A model generated the notes under the pieces. The model did no database searches and was not told the origin of the DNA. It worked only from the letters and a program-made list of their open reading frames with translations. Made by a program: the position numbers and the translations under genes. From contig NC_068983.1 of assembly GCF_001194135.2 (NCBI RefSeq), positions 98,752,908 through 98,816,907 of the forward strand: 64,000 bases of DNA. Direction: 5' to 3'. Positions 14,135-27,039 of the stretch are shown here, piece after piece; positions within the stretch are counted from its first letter, which is position 1; every line of letters begins with the position of its first letter. This stretch comes from Octopus bimaculoides (Eukaryota).

Positions 14135-14345
14135 ATTTTGGAGATAAACATATTTATTCTGCCTAGGTTACAGAGACATTTCCTTGTCATTTTCAGCATC
14201 AGAAATGAAGTGAACCAATGACTGGCTCATTGCAAAATTGTAAATCCATGTAACAAACAACACTTTAACTTGCAAAAGTATGATAAAATGCATGCATTTT
14301 TACGCCCCCACCCCCCACACATAGAAAATCTCAAGCTTAACTTAC

Positions 14346-14480
14346 ATCAACCAAAGCTTCAACAGCACCAAGTTTCTCTGATGGAATCGAACTCTCTGGA
14401 GGTCGAAGTGTTTCCATGGTAATTAGAAGACGCCGGTTGACCACACAATGTTCCACAAGATTGATCAACAAACCAAGACT
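14346..14480 (-). CDS. WAPL: WAPL coding exon (last found in window; 135 nt, phase 0-0)
   Basis: Acceptor ctatcttcactgtttcAG, donor GTAAGT. Encodes SLGLLINLVEHCVVNRRLLITMETLRPPESSIPSEKLGAVEALVD, matching GLGLLINLVEYSARNR...AVQALVQ. No stop codon, so further exons must follow. Confidence 0.95.
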
Positions 14481-16205
14481 CTGAAACAGTGAAGATAGAT
14501 ATAATGAGCTGTATGTGGTAACATGATTCTGTTGATATTACAGATCTCTGTATACATTTACTACAATACACAAACACACACACACACTGCCAATGGAACG
14601 TTAAAAGCACCATCTGAGCATAATCGTTGCCAGGGCCACTGACTGGCTCCCATGCTAGTGGCATGTAAAAAGCACTACTCGAGCATGATCGTTGCCACGA
14701 GAAAAACGGTCATTGCCAGTGTCACTGGACTGGCTCCCGTGCAGGTGGCATGTAAAGAACACCATTTGAGCATGGTCACTGCCAGTACCGCCAGACTGGC
14801 CCTTGTGCCGTTGGCAAGTAAAAGCACCCAGTACGCTCTCGGAGTGATTGGCGTTAGGAAGGGCATCCAGCTGTAGAAACTTTGCCAGATCAGATTGGAG
14901 CCTGGTGCAGCTTTCTGGCTCGCCAGTCCTCAGTCAAACTGTCCAACACATGCCAGCAAGGAAAGTGGACATTAAACGACAACGATGATGATGATGATTT
15001 ACATACGTACATAACATACATACATAAATACATGTAGTGGATAAATACTAACAAGAAATGCTGCGAGGGGGTTAGTAGACATCCTACTGAAGTCAAATTT
15101 ACATTTTTACATTTCATCTTCTCTAGATTAATAAAATAAAGTATCCAGTCAAGTGCTGGATTTGATGTCATCAACTAATCTCTCCTTCAAAACTGCTGTT
15201 TTATAAATGATCATTATTTGCTGTGGATGCATGCGTTTCACAGAATTCCATTTATGTAATTTCTTTCTTGCACCACCACCACCATCATGGTTTTTAATGC
15301 CCACTCTCTCATGTTCACATGGGTGTAAGGCGGAATTAGTTAAGATTGAATTTTTCTACAGTTGAATGTCCTTCTTTTGGCAACATTCATCTGTTTCAAA
15401 TCAAGGTAATATTTTCTCATTACCAGGTTTTTAAAAAAAATATTTGGTAATGAAGGTTATCACTGCTTGCACAACAGTAATAAACACGCACATGTGTGAA
15501 GGATTTCTTTCAGTTTCCATGTACCAAATCCAAGGACTGGTTGGCCAGGAGTTATATATAAAATACTTGCCCAAGATACCATGCAGTGGAACTGAACCCG
15601 GAATCATGTGGTTGGGAAGTAAACTTATCACACAGTCACACATGTGCCTCATCATCATTTAATGTATGTTGTCCATGTTTGTATGGGTTGGATGGTTTGA
15701 CCAGGGATGGTAAGTTGAGGAGCTGTACCAGACTCCAGTTGGATTTAGCTGTAAATCATCAAATTATACCGTGCTCCTGTCTCTTCCACAAGCTAAAATA
15801 ATAGGCTCTTTAGAACATTCTGGTTACACCCGATCTCTGCATGGACCTACACACTGCACATGCCTCTCACATCACATTTCACATATTTCCTGTCACTCAG
15901 TCCCACCTCTTCAAATACTACATACAATTCTTTCTCCACCATGTGTTCCCAAAACGCTGTAAACTTTCACCTTTTAAGATTCATTCCACTAAATCCCTCC
16001 CTCACCACCATCTGATTTAAGAAAAGACCTGTTCAGACAAAGGAAGTAATAATTCTGACACCCCACTCCACCTCCATCTCCAGTTTTCCAAAAGTCTTGT
16101 GTCACCAAACAAATCTTGTAAATTAATAATAATCATTTCTACAATGGGCACAAGGCCAGCAAATTAACAATAATAATAATAAAAGATAAAAATTGCTAAA
16201 CTTAC

Positions 16206-16321
16206 CAAAACTAATAAGTCAAACTGTTTGCACATCAAGGTGTACTGAGGTACTTGAAGGATACAGTCAAAAACTGTTTGAATAAGACCTTTCTGGGAAC
16301 CAATTTTAGTGCAGCCATAAT
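16206..16321 (-). CDS. WAPL: WAPL coding exon (116 nt, phase 1-0)
   Basis: Acceptor tctttcttcccaatttAG, donor GTAAGT. Encodes DYGCTKIGSQKGLIQTVFDCILQVPQYTLMCKQFDLLVL, matching [27 protein letters not shown]...RFDIRVL. Confidence 0.95.
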
Positions 16322-16787
16322 CTAAATTGGGAAGAAAGAACAGTTTTAAAGTAATAGCAATAATATTAGCTTCAAATTTTGGCACACGACCAGAGTAATA
16401 ACAGTAATATTGAGAGTGGGAAAGAAAGAGTATAAAAGATAAAGAGGAAGAGAGGGGGAGGGAGGGAGGGAGAAAGGTAAAAGTGTAAAAAGTTAGAAAC
16501 TGATGAAGATGTATTAGCAGCAACAAAATTGGAAACAATCTGAAATTGAACAATGAATGGCTGTTGTATTGTGGCTGATATCCTTGTCTTCATAACTAAC
16601 TGCAGCATGACACCATTTAACTAACATAAGCAATTCCCCCAACAAGAAATGCAAGGAATCTAGCCTCATTCAACAGGAGAGGAACATTATTAAGAATACA
16701 CATACAGTGAACAAGAATTACTTCCAGACATGACAGAGTTAGTGGAAGCACCCCAATTCTTCTTTTACTTTATAGTTGACTCAGGTG

Positions 16788-16821
<34 letters not shown>

Positions 16822-17159
16822 ATGCATGCATACAAGGTGGGGCTGATGCTCACTCTTTGGCCCTTTATCATTTAAACTGGCCATATCCAGCCTTTCACAT
16901 TTACTTTACAATGTTATCCTAAAAATAAACAATCACATCATTGAAATCTTGAAGCTACAAGATATTCATCATCATCAGCATCCTTTCACATCCGTTTTCC
17001 ATACTGGCATGGGTTAGACAGTTTGACTGGAGTTGGTAAGCCGGAGAGCTGCACAAGGCTCCAGTCTGTTTTGGCATGGCTTCTACAGTTGGATGCCCTT
17101 CCTAATGCCAACCACTTTACATAATGTACTGGGTGTCTTTTATGTATCACTGGCACAAT

Positions 17160-17390
17160 TGCTCTTTTACGTGTCACTGGCATGGGTGCCCTTGAACGTG
17201 TCACTGGCATGGGTGCCCTTGAACGTGTCACTGGCATGGGTGCCCCTGAACGTGTCACCAGCACAGGTGCCTCTCATGTGTCACTGAATATGTCACCAGC
17301 ATGAATGTCTCTCACATGCCATTGGCGCGGATGTCTTCTATGAGTCACTGGCATCAGTGCCATTCATGTGTCACTGGCACTGGCCACAAC
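17160..17390. repeat. 27 bp minisatellite inside an RTE 3'UTR copy
   Basis: Unit CGTGTCACTGGCATGGGTGCCCTTGAA, about 3 near-perfect plus several decayed units. Confidence 0.85.
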
Positions 17391-17816
17391 CATGATTTCA
17401 CTTAGCTTGACATGTCTGTCACCAGCATGAGTAATTCAAAACAGTGTGAATCATCATCATCATCATCGTTTAACGTTCATCTTCCATGCATACATTGGTA
17501 GGATGGTTGACAGGAGCTGACCAGGTAGAAAAACTACCCTAGGCTACCGTGTCTATTTTGGCAGGGTTTTTATGGCTGGATGCCCTTCCTAACACCAACC
17601 ACTGGCAAAGTAATCTGAATGTGAAAGAGTTAAGTCATGAGTGTAGAACAGAAGACTAGTATTCTGTTCCATTGTCCACTGCGGTCACAACTTGGCAGGG
17701 TCAATGATCTGGTTAAGCAGGCAGAAATATCAGATTTTGCAAGAAACAATGGTTGAGTAAAGAACAAAGCCAAAAAAGCTAAGTGTTTGGTGAGAGTATC
17801 TAAACATTCAACTTAC

Positions 17817-17977
17817 CATTTTCGTGTGTTAAGTTGAGCAGAACACGTAAAATGGCCAGCATGCAACTGAAGATAATCCAGCCATTGGACTCCTTATCCA
17901 ATGAACTTTCACTCGGTCGATCAGGATCATCCCGCAAAGGAAAGTTAGAAATCGTACTCTGACAATGCCGCAAAGTT
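17817..17977 (-). CDS. WAPL: WAPL coding exon (161 nt, phase 2-1)
   Basis: Long polypyrimidine tract then ctatccAG, donor GTAAGT. Encodes TLRHCQSTISNFPLRDDPDRPSESSLDKESNGWIIFSCMLAILRVLLNLTHEN, matching CMRAIIGVLLNLTNDN. Confidence 0.93.
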
Positions 17978-18190
17978 CTGGATAGAAAAAAAAGAAAAAG
18001 AAAGAAGACATCTAGAATGGAACAACAATTGCAATAATTTCTGTCAAGATTTTAATAAACATTAGTTCTTTATCAAATATTTAGTCCTTGACAATGTATT
18101 GTTGATTTGTTATTATCTAGCCTCATTTAAGGTAGTGAGCTGCCAGAATTGTTAAGCACGCAGGGCAAAATGGTTAGCAGCATTTTGTCT

Positions 18191-18440
18191 TTTAGAAATA
18201 ATACATTTCTAAATCTCTCAGAGAGATTTATGCAGTAGTGATACGATGAAGTAGTTGTATGCTGTCAACTTAATGTGACAGTCCCCTGAAGGGAATAATA
18301 CTACTGTTGGTTAGACCTAGGAAGCTGCACAGCTATGTGTCAAGGCCGACAGGAAGCGGTGCAGCTTCCTAGGTCTAACCAACAGTAGTATTATTCCCTT
18401 CAGGGGACTGTCACATTAAGTTGACAGCATACAACTACTT
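18191..18440. mobile_element. Palindromic ~250 bp element, copy 1
   Basis: 84 bp perfect inverted arms at 18247-18330 and 18359-18442 (last 2 bp overlap the TSD), plus a ~56 bp unique left tail. Flanked by 13 bp direct repeat CAGCATTTTGTCT (18178-18190, 18441-18453). Inserted inside a SINE. Confidence 0.85.
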
Positions 18441-19014
18441 CAGCATTTTGTCTGTCTTTATGTTCTGAGTTCAAATTCTGCTGAAGTTGACTTTGTCTTA
18501 CATCTTTTTGGGGTTGATAAAATAAGTACTAGTTGAGTGCTGGGGTTGATGTAATTGACTTTCATAAGTACTAGTTGAGCACTAGGCTCAATGTAATTGA
18601 CTTAACCCCTCCCCCAAAATTGCTGGCCTTGTGCCAAAATTTGAGACCATTATTTAGCCTCGTGAAGCTGGTGGATTGGCAGAAATAGTAGAGTGTTCGA
18701 CAAATTGCTTTATATTATTTCTCCTGGCTCTTTATGGTCTGAGTTCACCATGGTCAATTTTGCCTTTCATACTTTCAGGGTCAAACAAACACAGGGGACG
18801 ATATTGTCAACTACTTCTCCCCTCAAGTTTCTATGCTTTGTGCCTAAGGTAGAAAATATTATCTAGATCTAAATCAGTTCTAGTCAAATGATATCTTTTC
18901 TTCTTCATTTCTCAGAAAGCGTTATTTTTATTTCAAGATGGTAGGATGTGGTTTTGAATGACATTTTGCTATTTCATCAGACTGAGTGATGCCGCCGCCA
19001 CCGCCACCACCGCC

Positions 19015-19046
<32 letters not shown>

Positions 19047-20093
19047 CAACAACACCACCACCACCACCACCACCACCACATTAGCTTGTGATTATGAGCA
19101 TAACATGTATACATATATTTAGTTGTAGAAAAACATGCCCAATGTATTCTACTCATGAAAGAACAACAAAAGAAACAACCAATATCATGGCAATAAAACA
19201 AGTTCTTCTTCTTCTTTGCCACTGCTGTCACTACTACCACCCACACCACTTACTTATGATTGGTGATTGAGAGATAAGAGAGTATCAGAAAGCATGACGA
19301 GGGAAGCAAAATCATAGTAGAGAGATTTAGTGATAGAGAGATGAGTAGCTGTGATAGAGCAACAGGAAGCTTAAACAGGCTTTACTGGCTAATATGCTTA
19401 AAAGTAGATATACATAACACACAATCTCCATCATTACCATTATTATTTGCTATGCCATGCTTGCAAGAGTGGGTGGGTCTTCTCCAGCACTGAGTTTCAC
19501 CAACTGCCATGATTCACTGTCATTTTTGTGAGGTCAGGTCTTCCTCACTGCATTACATCTTTTTAGTCATCTTTAACAGGATCTTGCTCAAGGTGCCACA
19601 CAGTGGGACAGAACCCGTAACCATGTGGTTGTTAAGCAAGCTACTTACCACACAGCCACTACTTTTTTGTGGCATTTCAAGCACGGTCATTTCCCTTATG
19701 GGTATACAGTTTTATCTTCCTATTTACCAAAACTTCACTAAGTTTATTTTGAGGGCTCACCATTCTAAGTTTTGCTTTCAATTATGAAATTTCTTCTCTA
19801 AATCTACAATAAATTCAGTTATAAGAATTTTCTCAATCTCCAGCTAAGTAAACCATCTCTTCATGCTACTTGGTATTGTTCTGCTCTGTACCCTTTCCTC
19901 CTGATTTTCCTAGTCTGTTTCCTCGCTTTTATAGCTCTGTGGCTGTGTGGTAAGTAGCTTGCTTACGAACCACAAGGTTCCAGGTTCAGTCCCACTGCAT
20001 GGAACCTTGGGCAAGTGTCTTCTACTATAGCCTCAACCAAAGCCTTGTGAGTGGATTTGGCAGGCAGAAACTGAAAGAAGCCCGTCGTATATA

Positions 20094-20135
<42 letters not shown>

Positions 20136-20993
20136 GTATATATGTATGTTTGTGTCTGTGTTTGTCCCCCCGACATCGCTTGACAACCGATGCTGGTGTG
20201 TTTACGTCCCCATAGCTTAGCGGTTCGGCAAAAGAGACCGATAGAATAAGTGCTAGGCTTACAAAGAATAAGTCCTGGGGTCGATTTGGTCGACTAAAGG
20301 CGGTGCTCCAGCATGGCCACAGTCAAATGACTGAAACAAAAGAGTAAAACAGTAATGCTCCACCACCACATTGCCTCCCAACTGGCTAGAAACTTGCAAC
20401 GGACACGGATCTATTCTGTAGCCCAAGGCAGGTTGACCTGTAAAAACTGCTAGTTTTCCTCTGCTATAAACTACCATCACCTCCTCCCACCTGTCATAAG
20501 CATCATCTAATATTTTTATGAATTTATAAGCAATCAAAAGCTCTTTCAGCTTCTTTGCGGAAAGTAAATTAAAATACAAAAAATACAGATAGAAACCTGA
20601 AGAATTCTCTATCCAGATATGAAATGATGGAATAAGAGGTTAGAAGTAGTTTTGTGGCTTTAACAGGTGCAGTGTATCAAACACTAAACAATTTGCCTTG
20701 AGTGGTTAAGATATGAAATCTATTCCAGATTATAACATAATGGTGGCGATGATGGTGACATTGTTATTTCAAATTCTCTGTAAGTATCAGTTCAAGTCTT
20801 AAAACCTCATCTTCACCAGATAAAGTACTTGATCGAACAATCCTGACAAATAATTAGAGTTGGAGGGAGAGGGCGGATGTTGGGTGACAAAACAAAACAG
20901 AACAAAAAAAAAAAAAAAANNNNNNNNNNAAAAAAAAAAAAAAAAAAAGAAAAAAATTTAAAAATCATGGAAACAAGTTTAATGACAACTTAC

Positions 20994-21070
20994 GTGTTGA
21001 GTGAATTCACAAGTGCACATTGTTTGTATGAGATCAGAAAACTTTGATTTTCAATATTAGTAACAGTTAC
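20994..21070 (-). CDS. WAPL: WAPL coding exon (77 nt, phase 0-2)
   Basis: Acceptor ctttctctttcttctAG, donor GTAAGT. Encodes VTVTNIENQSFLISYKQCALVNSLN, matching [24 protein letters not shown]. Confidence 0.93.
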
Positions 21071-23309
21071 CTAGAAGAAAGAGAAAGAGAGAAAGCAAGA
21101 AACAGTGAGAGACTGAAGCATGTGATTATGACATTTATTGGTTATCTATATTAAATATTATACTGAAGTACATATTAACACTCGATAGACACATGCATAT
21201 ACACCCCCCCCACACACACACACACACGCACACACAAATCCTTCTGATAATATCCTATAAGTAACGAGCATATGTTGCGATGCTATATTCATGAGATAAG
21301 TTCATTCATAACAAATAAAGTGAAACATACATCCATGTACACATAAAAGGTTACATATGAGCATAGATACATGGTCAATAAGTTTAGAAAAGTATGGGAA
21401 AACTTGAAACATAAACAGAGCTTTCAAGGAATAATTTGAAGTACATTTTTTCCTTTTTACTATGTTTTTTTTTACATCTAAAAACATCAATTATAGGGTT
21501 GTTTTTTTTTACTTGATCAAGCTGCAATGTGAGACGAAGTGAAATGTATACAATTTTAGAAAAAATAGTATGCTTTTGTCAAGGGGTTGGGTGTACTTTG
21601 GGTTGTAATTTGGAGTGGATCAATGATTACATCACACTGTTTACATCGGTTTGCTGTGCACTGAGGTAAGATAAATTATTCAGTTAATGAATGGCATCGA
21701 CATGGCAATCATTAGCTTCATCACTTTGGGAGGAAAAAAAAAATTGAATTAAAATATAAATGCTTTTGCTGGTTGTGAAAACAAAACAGTAATAAGTTTT
21801 GATTGACAAAAGTAAGATTGATGCCCTGAGATCAAATTATTGGCAGAAAGAATTTGAACCTTAAATATTAAGTGTGTGTACTTGTATGTATTCATATATT
21901 TTTACATTAAATTAAAGGATCACTCAATACATTTTAGTGAAATACATATATATTGTCACAAAGAAAAGCTTTCCTTGTACAAATAATTATAATTTTTAAT
22001 AATAATAGTAGTAATATATTTGTGTATTTATATGATATAATATACATATATGTGTGTGTGCGTGTAAATATATATGTATGTATGTATATATGTGTGTGTG
22101 TGCATGTGTGTAACACACACACACAAATAGCAACAAGAGAGAGAAAAATCAATCAGTAAATCCTACTCTGCTGAAACAGTGATTAAAATAAGTTCTACAC
22201 CAGTTTACAACATTGCTATATTGCCACATGCTGTGAGTTGAAAAAAAAAAAATCTGGTTGTTTGTCTCTAGACTCCGCAATTCACCAACAATTAATATTA
22301 AACATTATAATTTTCACTCGAGTGACAAAAGTGCAAGTGTTATCCTTAACTTAGAGATCACTTGTGTATTTAATTCCATATCTCTTTCAAATTTTTTAGT
22401 GTTTGCAAACAATTCATATCTACCACGGACTACTGTTCCGCCCTTTATACCCTTGTTCACTATTCACCACATTCACCTATCTTTAATCATCCCTTACCCT
22501 CTCCACGCACTCCTTCAACCCCTGCTTATTATCCATTTTAATCTTTTGTCCTCTGTTTTCTTCTATTTGTCTTCCTGTATCTTGCCGACATACTAGTCCC
22601 AACCATCTTTACCTCTCTTTCTGGCACTACACTAACTATAGCCACCTACCCTCATATAATGTAAAGGTAGCCTTATATCTCCTCTGCAGCAAAAAGTCAG
22701 TTCCTATCCCTCCTTTCATATTTTAACAGCCAAACAGCTAGCACAAAGCTGCCTCCTTGTCTATCATATGTCCACCCAGTCTTTGGTCTTGCAAATTGCA
22801 TGGTAACCTCACTAATGCTGGTGCTTTGAAAAAAGTAGCCAGTACTCTCTGTGAAGTGGTTGGTGTCAGGAAGGGTGTGGACCCATGAAAATCATACTAA
22901 AGCAAACAGTGGAATATAACACGCTCTCCTATACATACATACATTTCAATATGTACATATAGGCATACAGGAACACATACACAAGGATGATCTACCTGAT
23001 GCCTATGGATACTATGGACTACATTGTAATCATCCCAGGAATACGGACTGTGATCTTAAAAGACGTAATCTGTGGAAACATGAGCAGCTATGCATTCCAT
23101 CCAAGGATTATTGTTATTATTACTATACATATATATACATACACACACACATATATATAGTTTACGTATCTATTCACACATATAGAAAAAAGAGAAAGGG
23201 AAGAAAGTGAGTTAAACAATGCTGACACGAAAAATTTAATTGGAGCACAAAAATTGATTTATCAAGTAATCAATTACCATTTATACATAGTGATTCAATT
23301 CTGTTTAGA

Positions 23310-23472
23310 CAATAGCTAAAGTAAGTTGCAAATCTAGTGAGACACTGGCTAAAGTAAGTTCTATTCCAGTGAGACTGTGGTGAAAGTAAATTCTACTCAG
23401 CTGAAACAGTGATTAAAATAAGTTCTACACCAGTTTACAACATTTCTATATTGCCACATGCTGTGAGTTGAA
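23310..23472. repeat. ~32 bp degenerate minisatellite; last ~80 bp duplicated at 22163-22242
   Basis: Units GCTAAAGTAAGTTGCAAATCTAGTGAGACACT / GCTAAAGTAAGTTCTATTCCAGTGAGACTGT and similar. CTGAAACAGTGATTAAAATAAGTTCTACACCAGTTTACAACATT...GCTGTGAGTTGAAA occurs twice. Confidence 0.75.
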
Positions 23473-24178
23473 ATTCCATTAAGACATTGGTTTGAACATG
23501 ATATACCAGCTTTGAAGGTCATATCAATTAAGTGTTTTGCAATCTCATAAAATGTAAAACTTAATCCACTTTATGAATATTTAAGAAACTCATTAAGCAA
23601 CAAACTGAATGGCAGAAATAGGAAACCACTCCCTGAATCATGAAATATCATCTCATTCTGGTCATTCAATGTAAAGCTAATTCTTTACATAAATTCAATC
23701 TCACCTACAAACCAAGATTTTATAAACAGCCAAAATAGATTAATATTTAAATTATCAATATATATATATATTGCATGATAATAATAAGAGAGGAATCTAT
23801 TCCAGACTGAGACAATGGAGCATGACATGGTCTTCCAACTCATGAGATCTAGTCAAAATGTCCAGCATGGAAAGCAAACAAATGATACACACACACTAAC
23901 ATCAGTTTGGGTTGTAAACATAACTGAATAGACAAACAGTTAATTTATTTACATATTTCATTTTACACCACAATTTCGAAACAATAGTTAAAGGATTCAT
24001 ATGGACCAATGACCAGCTCCTATGTATGGAGGGGGAGGTCTACCTTATAGCTACAAGGTCCTCAGTTTGACTTCAATGCATAGCATTTTCAGTAAATGTT
24101 ATTTTCTGTAACCTAGAGTCAACATACACTTTGTGCTTGAAACTGGGTAGATGGAAACAGTAAAGAAGTCCATCAAAT

Positions 24179-24468
24179 TGTTTCCGACGGAAGTCAAAAT
24201 CTCAAAAGGGGAGATGTGGTGAGAGTCGTGATACCTACTGTGAGAATAGACTTGACCAAAAACGACTATAAATAGTAGCAGTCTGAGTGAGAAACAGAGA
24301 GAGTAGGCATTAATTGCAGGAAGTTGTAAGGTGTCGTCTTGGTAATTTGTCAGAATATCGTTTGTTGGATTGCTATGTTGCTGTTATCCTGCTTCGTTAT
24401 ATATATTTTATTGTTACTACACGGTTATAGTGTAAAAAAGTATCATCATAATAATTAGCGATACAACA
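24179..24468 (+). mobile_element. Probable solo LTR
   Basis: TGT...ACA termini, TATA-like GACTATAAATAG, CpG-rich relative to flanks, 5 bp flanking repeat CAAAT/CAGAT (1 mismatch), no internal coding sequence adjacent. Confidence 0.5.
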
Positions 24469-24759
24469 CAGATATAAAAAAAAACAATGAAAATTCTATG
24501 TTGTCACATTTGTGGTACCCTAGTGTTCTGAGTATGACTTTGAACTGCATCCAGCAGTACGGCCCTGGTTCAGAGTTTTGGGGAGTGTGGAATCACCTCT
24601 TAGCCACTACTGTTCCCGGGTTTACTCTGACTCAGAGTAACAGCCCCTATTAAGGCCCCAGTTATGGGTTAATTAGTATATTAGGGTTTGCCCACTAATG
24701 GATGTGAAGACTGGATCTGATGGACTCTACAGAAAAAAAAAGATCTTCATGGTGCAAAG

Positions 24760-25050
24760 GAGGGGAAGGTGGCTGTAGCAACACACTGTGGAGTGCAAAG
24801 AGCAAGATGTGGCAAGTAAGACATCTTGGTTGTCCAATGCATCATGTTTCCATCCCCAGTCATCTTGAACTGGTCTTGCACTAGATTAAAGACGCTCGCA
24901 GACAAGAGAATGGGGATGACAGTGTGCAACCCTTCTTCACTTTAAACAAAGTCACTGCACAAATCATCAAGCATCTTTAAGGAAGACTTGATGGTGCTTG
25001 TTGTTCCAATGGACAAACATGTATACTCTAGAGACATGATCGTACACCCT
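24760..25050 (-). pseudogene. Highly decayed non-LTR reverse transcriptase remnant
   Basis: Minus strand reads VKKGCTLS, a 1 nt shift, then PILLSASVFNLV (cf. GVxQGCxLSPxLF), and later DNQDVLLA (cf. YADDxxL). Confidence 0.45.
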
Positions 25051-25829
25051 TGGGCAGGCAGTTTTCATTTGTCAATAAAATAAACTGACAGACTGGTATC
25101 AACAGATGCATCAGTATCATCACCTTTCAGACCAATCACTTGGTGCAGCAACAACTTGTTCATCCATCAAGATGCTTTGACATCAACAGACATGCCTACT
25201 TCATCATCTACTGGGTCACTCAACAAATGCAACCACTTCATTATGTGTGACTAAATGACAATCACAATTCAGTCCCATCAACTGACTTAGACCAACATCA
25301 TGTTAACAAATGTCACTCTTAAAAGCTATCATAGAAGAGAATACCAACTTTCTGTTATACTCTATGATAAAATATGTTTACAAAAAGATTACACTATGTA
25401 ACATGAATTTTATCCTTAGGTATTTCCTATTTGCTTACTTCTAGAATGTAGGAAAAATAACTAATATTTCCTTCAAACTTTGCTTTTGTTACATTTATTC
25501 AAATCCCAAAGAATTCTTCCTAACATGTGGCTATGATGCTCCCTAAATACTTCTGCTCATGATCAGAGATACACATATTGTCAGCCACTAAGGTCAAGCA
25601 ACTGACAAGAAAATCTATTGTATTGAGCAGAATATTTGCTAGAATGATATTTCTGAAATGTAATGGAAAATAGACCAGTTTCAAAACATTGATGTCCAGG
25701 TCACAGAAGCAACAAAGTTTGAAGGGAATAGTAGTCATTTCCTTTGAATATTTAGATAGAAGAAAATAGGAAATAAAATTACTGACCAAAGACAAAAAAA
25801 AAAAATGTTACACAGTGTTGTCAGTTTAT

Positions 25830-25869
<40 letters not shown>

Positions 25870-27039
25870 AAGACTAATTTCCTACAATATCTAGCCTTAG
25901 AATCATACTTATATCTGAACAACAGTCATCACAATAAATAATTAATAGATAATACAAATATGTATCCATCTCTCTTCCTACCCCTCCTCTCTCTCTCTCG
26001 GCTGAGTAACCATGTACCTCTTCTATAGCAAGACACTCGTTTCTGCCTCTGTCATACTCTAATCTTTCATCATCTGACACAAGATCACCTCCTCTAATGC
26101 CCCCTCCCCCTCTCAAAATTCCTTGTCTTGTGAGTTACTTGGTGGCCCTGCTTGTGCTGGTGCCACATAAAAAGCATCCAGTCAAGTGGTTGGCATTTGG
26201 AAGTGCATCCAGCTGTAAAAACCATGCCAAAACTGGCTTCACCTGTGCTGATGCCACGAAAAAAAAACACTCAGTTCGCTCTACAGGGTGGTTGGTGTTA
26301 AGAAGGGCATCTCACTGTAAAAACCTTGTAGCCTGGTGTAGTCTTCTACCTGGCTAGCTCCTGTCAAATCATCCAACCCATGCCAGCATAGAAGACAGAT
26401 GTTAAATGATGATGATAAGGAGGAAGTCTTGATGTAGTTGACTGACCTGCTAGAAATAGCAGCTGAATATCTCTTAAATCATACCATCTTCAATAAAGAA
26501 AGAAATACAGACTAAAGCAGTCCTAGATATACTGTGCCCAATAAATAAAGCAAGAAGGTCATAAGTTGAAAAGCCTTCAGTTTTATAAAATCTGCTGCTT
26601 CAAGGTTGACTTGGAATTAACTAGCCATAAAATAGTTCAATCAATCCTGTCATAAAGCCAATCAGAATCAAGACACAGGAGAAGAACCAATAAACAGCAA
26701 TTAACAAACAGTCATTGCAAGGAGGAATATCTTGATGATATAAACCCACAAGCTATGTAAGCTTCAAAAGCCACAGAAGGGAGAGGTACTACTGTATGAT
26801 AAAGTGACATAAAGTTGAAAAGAAAATAGAAAAACCCAGATGGAGAGGGACCTATTAAATCAAATTCTCCACCTTGCCACTGCCACTTCCAGGCTTCCAC
26901 ATAAATTTTGTTTACCAATTTCCACTCACAAAGCACTGGTCAACTGGAGACTCCACTCGAGGACACTCACCAATGCCTTGTGCAGTGGAATTACATGGTT
27001 GCAAAGCAAACTTTTTAACCACATACCATGCCAGTACCT

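Noticed and set aside
16986-17287. Repeat peptides (MPVTRSRAP, VSLAWVPLN; also FYVAPNGH at 35282-35788)
   Set aside because: Stop-free readings of 27 bp and 24 bp minisatellites inside RTE 3'UTR copies. They are not CRISPR arrays because there are no unique spacers.
17829-18011. Track ORF MSSFFFF...VFCST overlapping a real exon
   Set aside because: Wrong frame. The phase-consistent WAPL frame is TLRHCQ...LLNLTHEN.
18191-18246. Possible hammerhead in the tail of the palindromic element (minus strand stem followed by GAAA-TATA-T)
   Set aside because: No acceptable NUGANNA core or stem I could be placed.
20440-20579. Minus-strand peptide LKELLIAYKFIKILDDAYDRWEEV as a WAPL exon
   Set aside because: The true LI(S/A)YK exon is 20994-21070 and phases already close without it. 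At most it is a faint LINE remnant.
21521-21665. Plus-strand open segment ending in GAG|GTAAGA
   Set aside because: Weak acceptor, non-protein-like translation and no partner exons.
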